Below, piece by piece: positions 60,796 through 64,000 of a DNA stretch of 64,000 bases (within the stretch, counting starts at the first letter, position 1; every line of letters starts with the position of its first letter). The notes below the pieces were generated by a model. The model worked only from the letters and a program-made list of their open reading frames with translations. It did not search any database and was not told the origin of the DNA. Made by a program: the position numbers and the translations under genes. Source of the stretch: the human T2T-CHM13v2.0 reference genome, Homo sapiens; the NCBI RefSeq assembly GCF_009914755.1, contig NC_060934.1; one strand, given 5' to 3'.

Positions 60796-63407
60796 AACAT
60801 ACATGGTTTTCTATATGGGCTTCCAGCTGACCTAGAACCATTTATATGGTTATTTTCCTATTGCACCAGAGTGGAAATTTGCTATAAATCATGTGACTGT
60901 ATATATGTAGGTATGTTTCTGGATGCTCTATTCTGTTCTGTTGGTCTACTTCTTATCCTATCCTAAATCTGTCTTAATGTCTATTGTTTTATAATACATC
61001 TTTATATCTGATAGTATATGTTTTCTCACTTTGTTTTTGCTTTTCAAAGTTGCCTTCACTATTCTTAGATCTTTGCAGTCCTATATAAATTTTAAATTCA
61101 GCTTGTCAATTTCTAAAACAAAGCCTCTGGATTTTAATTGGGTTAATATTGAATATATACACCAATTTTGGGGGAACTGACCTCTTTACAGTATTAAATC
61201 TTCCAATCTATAAACATGGTATATGATCCTCTTTATTTAGGTCTTCTTTTATTTATCTTTTGCTAGCTTTATTCCTGGGTAGCTGATTTTTTAAATGATT
61301 TTACATGGTATCATTTTAAATTTTACTTCCTCCTTATTTGTTGCTGGTATGTAGACACATAGATGCTTTTTATATGTTGACTTTGTACCCAGCTACCTTG
61401 TTAATTTTTTAATTAGGTCCAATAGTTTGTGGGCTCCTTTGGATGTTTTTATGGATATGATGATATCCCAATGACAGTTCTGATTCTTTATTTCCAGTCA
61501 TTAGGTCCTCTATTTCTTCTTCTTGTCTTATTATACTGGCTAAGATGTTCAGTCCAATGCTGAAAGAAGTGAATAACTGACATCCCAGCCTCATTCGTGA
61601 GATCCAAGGGAAGGTTTCTATATTTCACCACTGAGTAAGATGCTTCCTGTAGGACTTTTTCTACTTTTTTTCTTTTTTTGTTTGTTTTTATTTTAATCAA
61701 GTATGAGTTCATTCTTTTTCACATAACAACAGAGTCTGGATGTTTGATGCTGCTGGCACTTATTCAGCTAGTCGACTGTGTAAGAACTCAGTTTTCATAC
61801 TCATTATCTCCAAGTTCTACGTGGATGTGGCAAGAGGACTTATTACACATTCATTTTACATACTTGTCATCTCAGAGTTCTAAGAGGACATCCATCTGCT
61901 TTCATTCTTCATATTGTCTCAGAGTTCTAAGAAAACATCAAGATGTTTTCATTTTCATATATATTGTCTTTAGGTTGTAACAGAGTTGTTTCAGCTCTGT
62001 ATCATGTCAACATTCAAAAATATTAAATCAATTATAAATATTATAAATTATAAATTTTTAAAATGACTTATGTCCTTCCTGGTGCATTCTTTAAGTTTGA
62101 TTTACGATTCTTTTTATATAGCTTCTTGAGGTCACTGATTGTCAGTTTTTCTTCTTTTCTAATATAGCATTTCAGGTTATAATGTTCCCTCTGAGCACTC
62201 TTTAGTTTCATGCCATAAATTTCGATAGGTCATATATTCTTTGCCATTTAGTTCAAAATATTAATTCTTATTGTGATTTATTCTTTGATTATGAACTATT
62301 TAGAAGTGTGTTGTTTAATGTCTAGGTACTAGATATTTTCCAGTTACTTTTTTATTACCGATTCCTAGTTTAATTCCGTTGTGGACAGAGAACATACTTT
62401 AAATCATGTCAGCCCTTTGGTTTCTCTTGAGGTTTCATTTGTGGCTCAGTATATGGTCAACTTTGGCAAATATTCTATGTGCACTTGAAAACAATATCGG
62501 CTCTGTAATTGTTGGATGCAATGTTCCATACAAATAATTTTGATCACTCAAAATTGATCACTGCCAATATTAAGATTGGAAAAAAAAATCACAAAATAAT
62601 CAGATTTTGATTACTAGTTTCTCTTTATTGACTTATTAGTTATACACTCACAATATTCTTTTCATAATTCTCTTAAGATTACAATATGCATCCTTGATTA
62701 CTACAATCTAATTCAAATGATAATTTCTACTACTTCCATGGTAATGCCAGAACTTCACAACACTTCAAGTCCATTTACCCCTCCAGCTTTTGCATTATTT
62801 TGGAATTCATTTCCAATTCCATGTGTATTTTAAATTTTATAAAATATTCCTACTACTGTTGTGTGTAGTTAATGATTATAAACCTACTCATTTATCCTTT
62901 CTGGTATGCTTCATTAATTTTGCATTTCCACGTTTCCATCTGAGATCATTTTCTTTCTGCTTGAAGAGCGCCTTTGCTATTTCTTTTAAACCAAGTATGC
63001 TGATAGTACGCTTTTTCAGTTTTTGTTGTCTGAATATGGCTTCTTCATTTCATCATTTTTGAATGATATTTTTGTTGGGAATTCTAGATTGATGTTTATT
63101 TTCTTTCAGCACTTAAAAATTTTGATTTTATTGGCTTGTGAGGCATTGCTTTTCTGTATAAACACACACATGTTGAAACTACTGTTGTGGCATTGAGTAA
63201 ACGTGCAATAAGAGTATGAGTAGAAAAATGAGTGTCAGCCATTTTAGCTTGAATCCAGCTTTGTTGTTTACTAACTACATAAGCTTGGCAAGCTACCTAG
63301 TCTTTGAAAATAATAAAGTTATCTACATGGAGATTATATATTAATGTATGAATTGAGAGATGTTATAGTATACTGGTTAATACCCCAGGCTTTGACATTA
63401 AGAAGGC

Positions 63408-63769
63408 TGTATTAGTCCATTCTCACATTGCTATAAAGATCCTACCCGAGACTAGGTAATTTTTAAAGGAAAGATGTTTAGTTGGCTCACAGTTCTGCAT
63501 GGCTGGGGAGGCATCAAGAAACTTACAATCATGGTGGAAAGCAAAGGGGAACAAGGCACATCTTACGTGGCGGCAGGAGACAGAGAGAGAGTACAGGAGA
63601 AACTGCCACTTATGAAACCATCAGATTTCATGACAACTCACTATCATGAGAACAGCATGGGGGAAACTGCCCCCATGATCCAGTCACCTCCCACCACGTC
63701 CCTCCCCTACACGTAGGGATTACAATTCAAGATGAGATTTGGGCAGGGACACAGAGCCAAACCATATCA
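63408..63769 (-). mobile_element. THE1D/MSTA-type MaLR LTR inserted in a MIR
   Basis: tgtattagtccattctcacattgctataaag ... acacagagccaaaccatatca; near-TSD aaggc/aagac. Confidence 0.88.
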
Positions 63770-64000
63770 AAGACCAAACTGAAATTCTAGTTCTTCCACT
63801 TACTAGCTGCAACCCATGTGATAGCAGCGTGTCTACTGAGCCCCAGCTGTAAGATAAGGTAACAACTCTACCTCCTTGTATAGTGAGTAGGGATTGAATG
63901 GGGTAATGCAAGTAGTCTGAGCACAGTGCCTGGCACGTAGTAACTGTTCCATAAATATGAGCTGTTAATAAGAACACAGAAATTATACACTGTCAGATGC

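Larger units (their letters stand above)
59310..63150 (-). mobile_element. Long degenerate L1M remnant(s) with two nested Alus
   Basis: T-rich L1 antisense motifs (ggagtggaattgctaggtcatagg, ttagccattct, cagcttgtcaatttct, ttccgttgtggacagagaacatac); no ORF left. Confidence 0.75.

Noticed and set aside
59310-63150. Possible intact L1 or further CPXM2 exons
   Set aside because: The L1 is fragmented with no ORF. I found no segment resembling the preceding discoidin exon, so it lies outside the window.

Overview
Primate, almost certainly human, genomic DNA covering the 3' two-thirds of CPXM2 (carboxypeptidase X, M14 family member 2) on the minus strand. Ten coding exons were read by hand, probably exons 5-14 of the 14-exon form. 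All have canonical GT-AG borders and compatible phases, and they total 1618 nt including the stop. They encode the end of the discoidin (F5/8 type C) domain, a degenerate M14 carboxypeptidase domain, the transthyretin-like domain and a polybasic tail, followed by a ~1.1 kb 3' UTR with two AATAAA signals. The rest is intron, rich in Alu, L1, L2, MIR, hAT DNA transposons and solo LTRs. I see no prokaryote-type system, RNA gene or second protein-coding gene; most ORFs in the track are repeat or chance artefacts. The best leads are regulatory and splicing features. (1) A ~1.4 kb 21-bp minisatellite in intron 7 whose unit is an overlapping RUNX+GATA site, carries splice-donor matches, and appears to have been hit twice at one spot by MaLR LTRs. 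(2) An LTR cluster in intron 6 with a MER41B retaining tandem GAS sites and an LTR10A with an AP-1 repeat. (3) A recursive-splice-like junction at exon 9. (4) A strong alternative donor after exon 13. Repeat subfamily names come from recalled consensus sequences and need RepeatMasker/Dfam confirmation; edges of old repeats are approximate.
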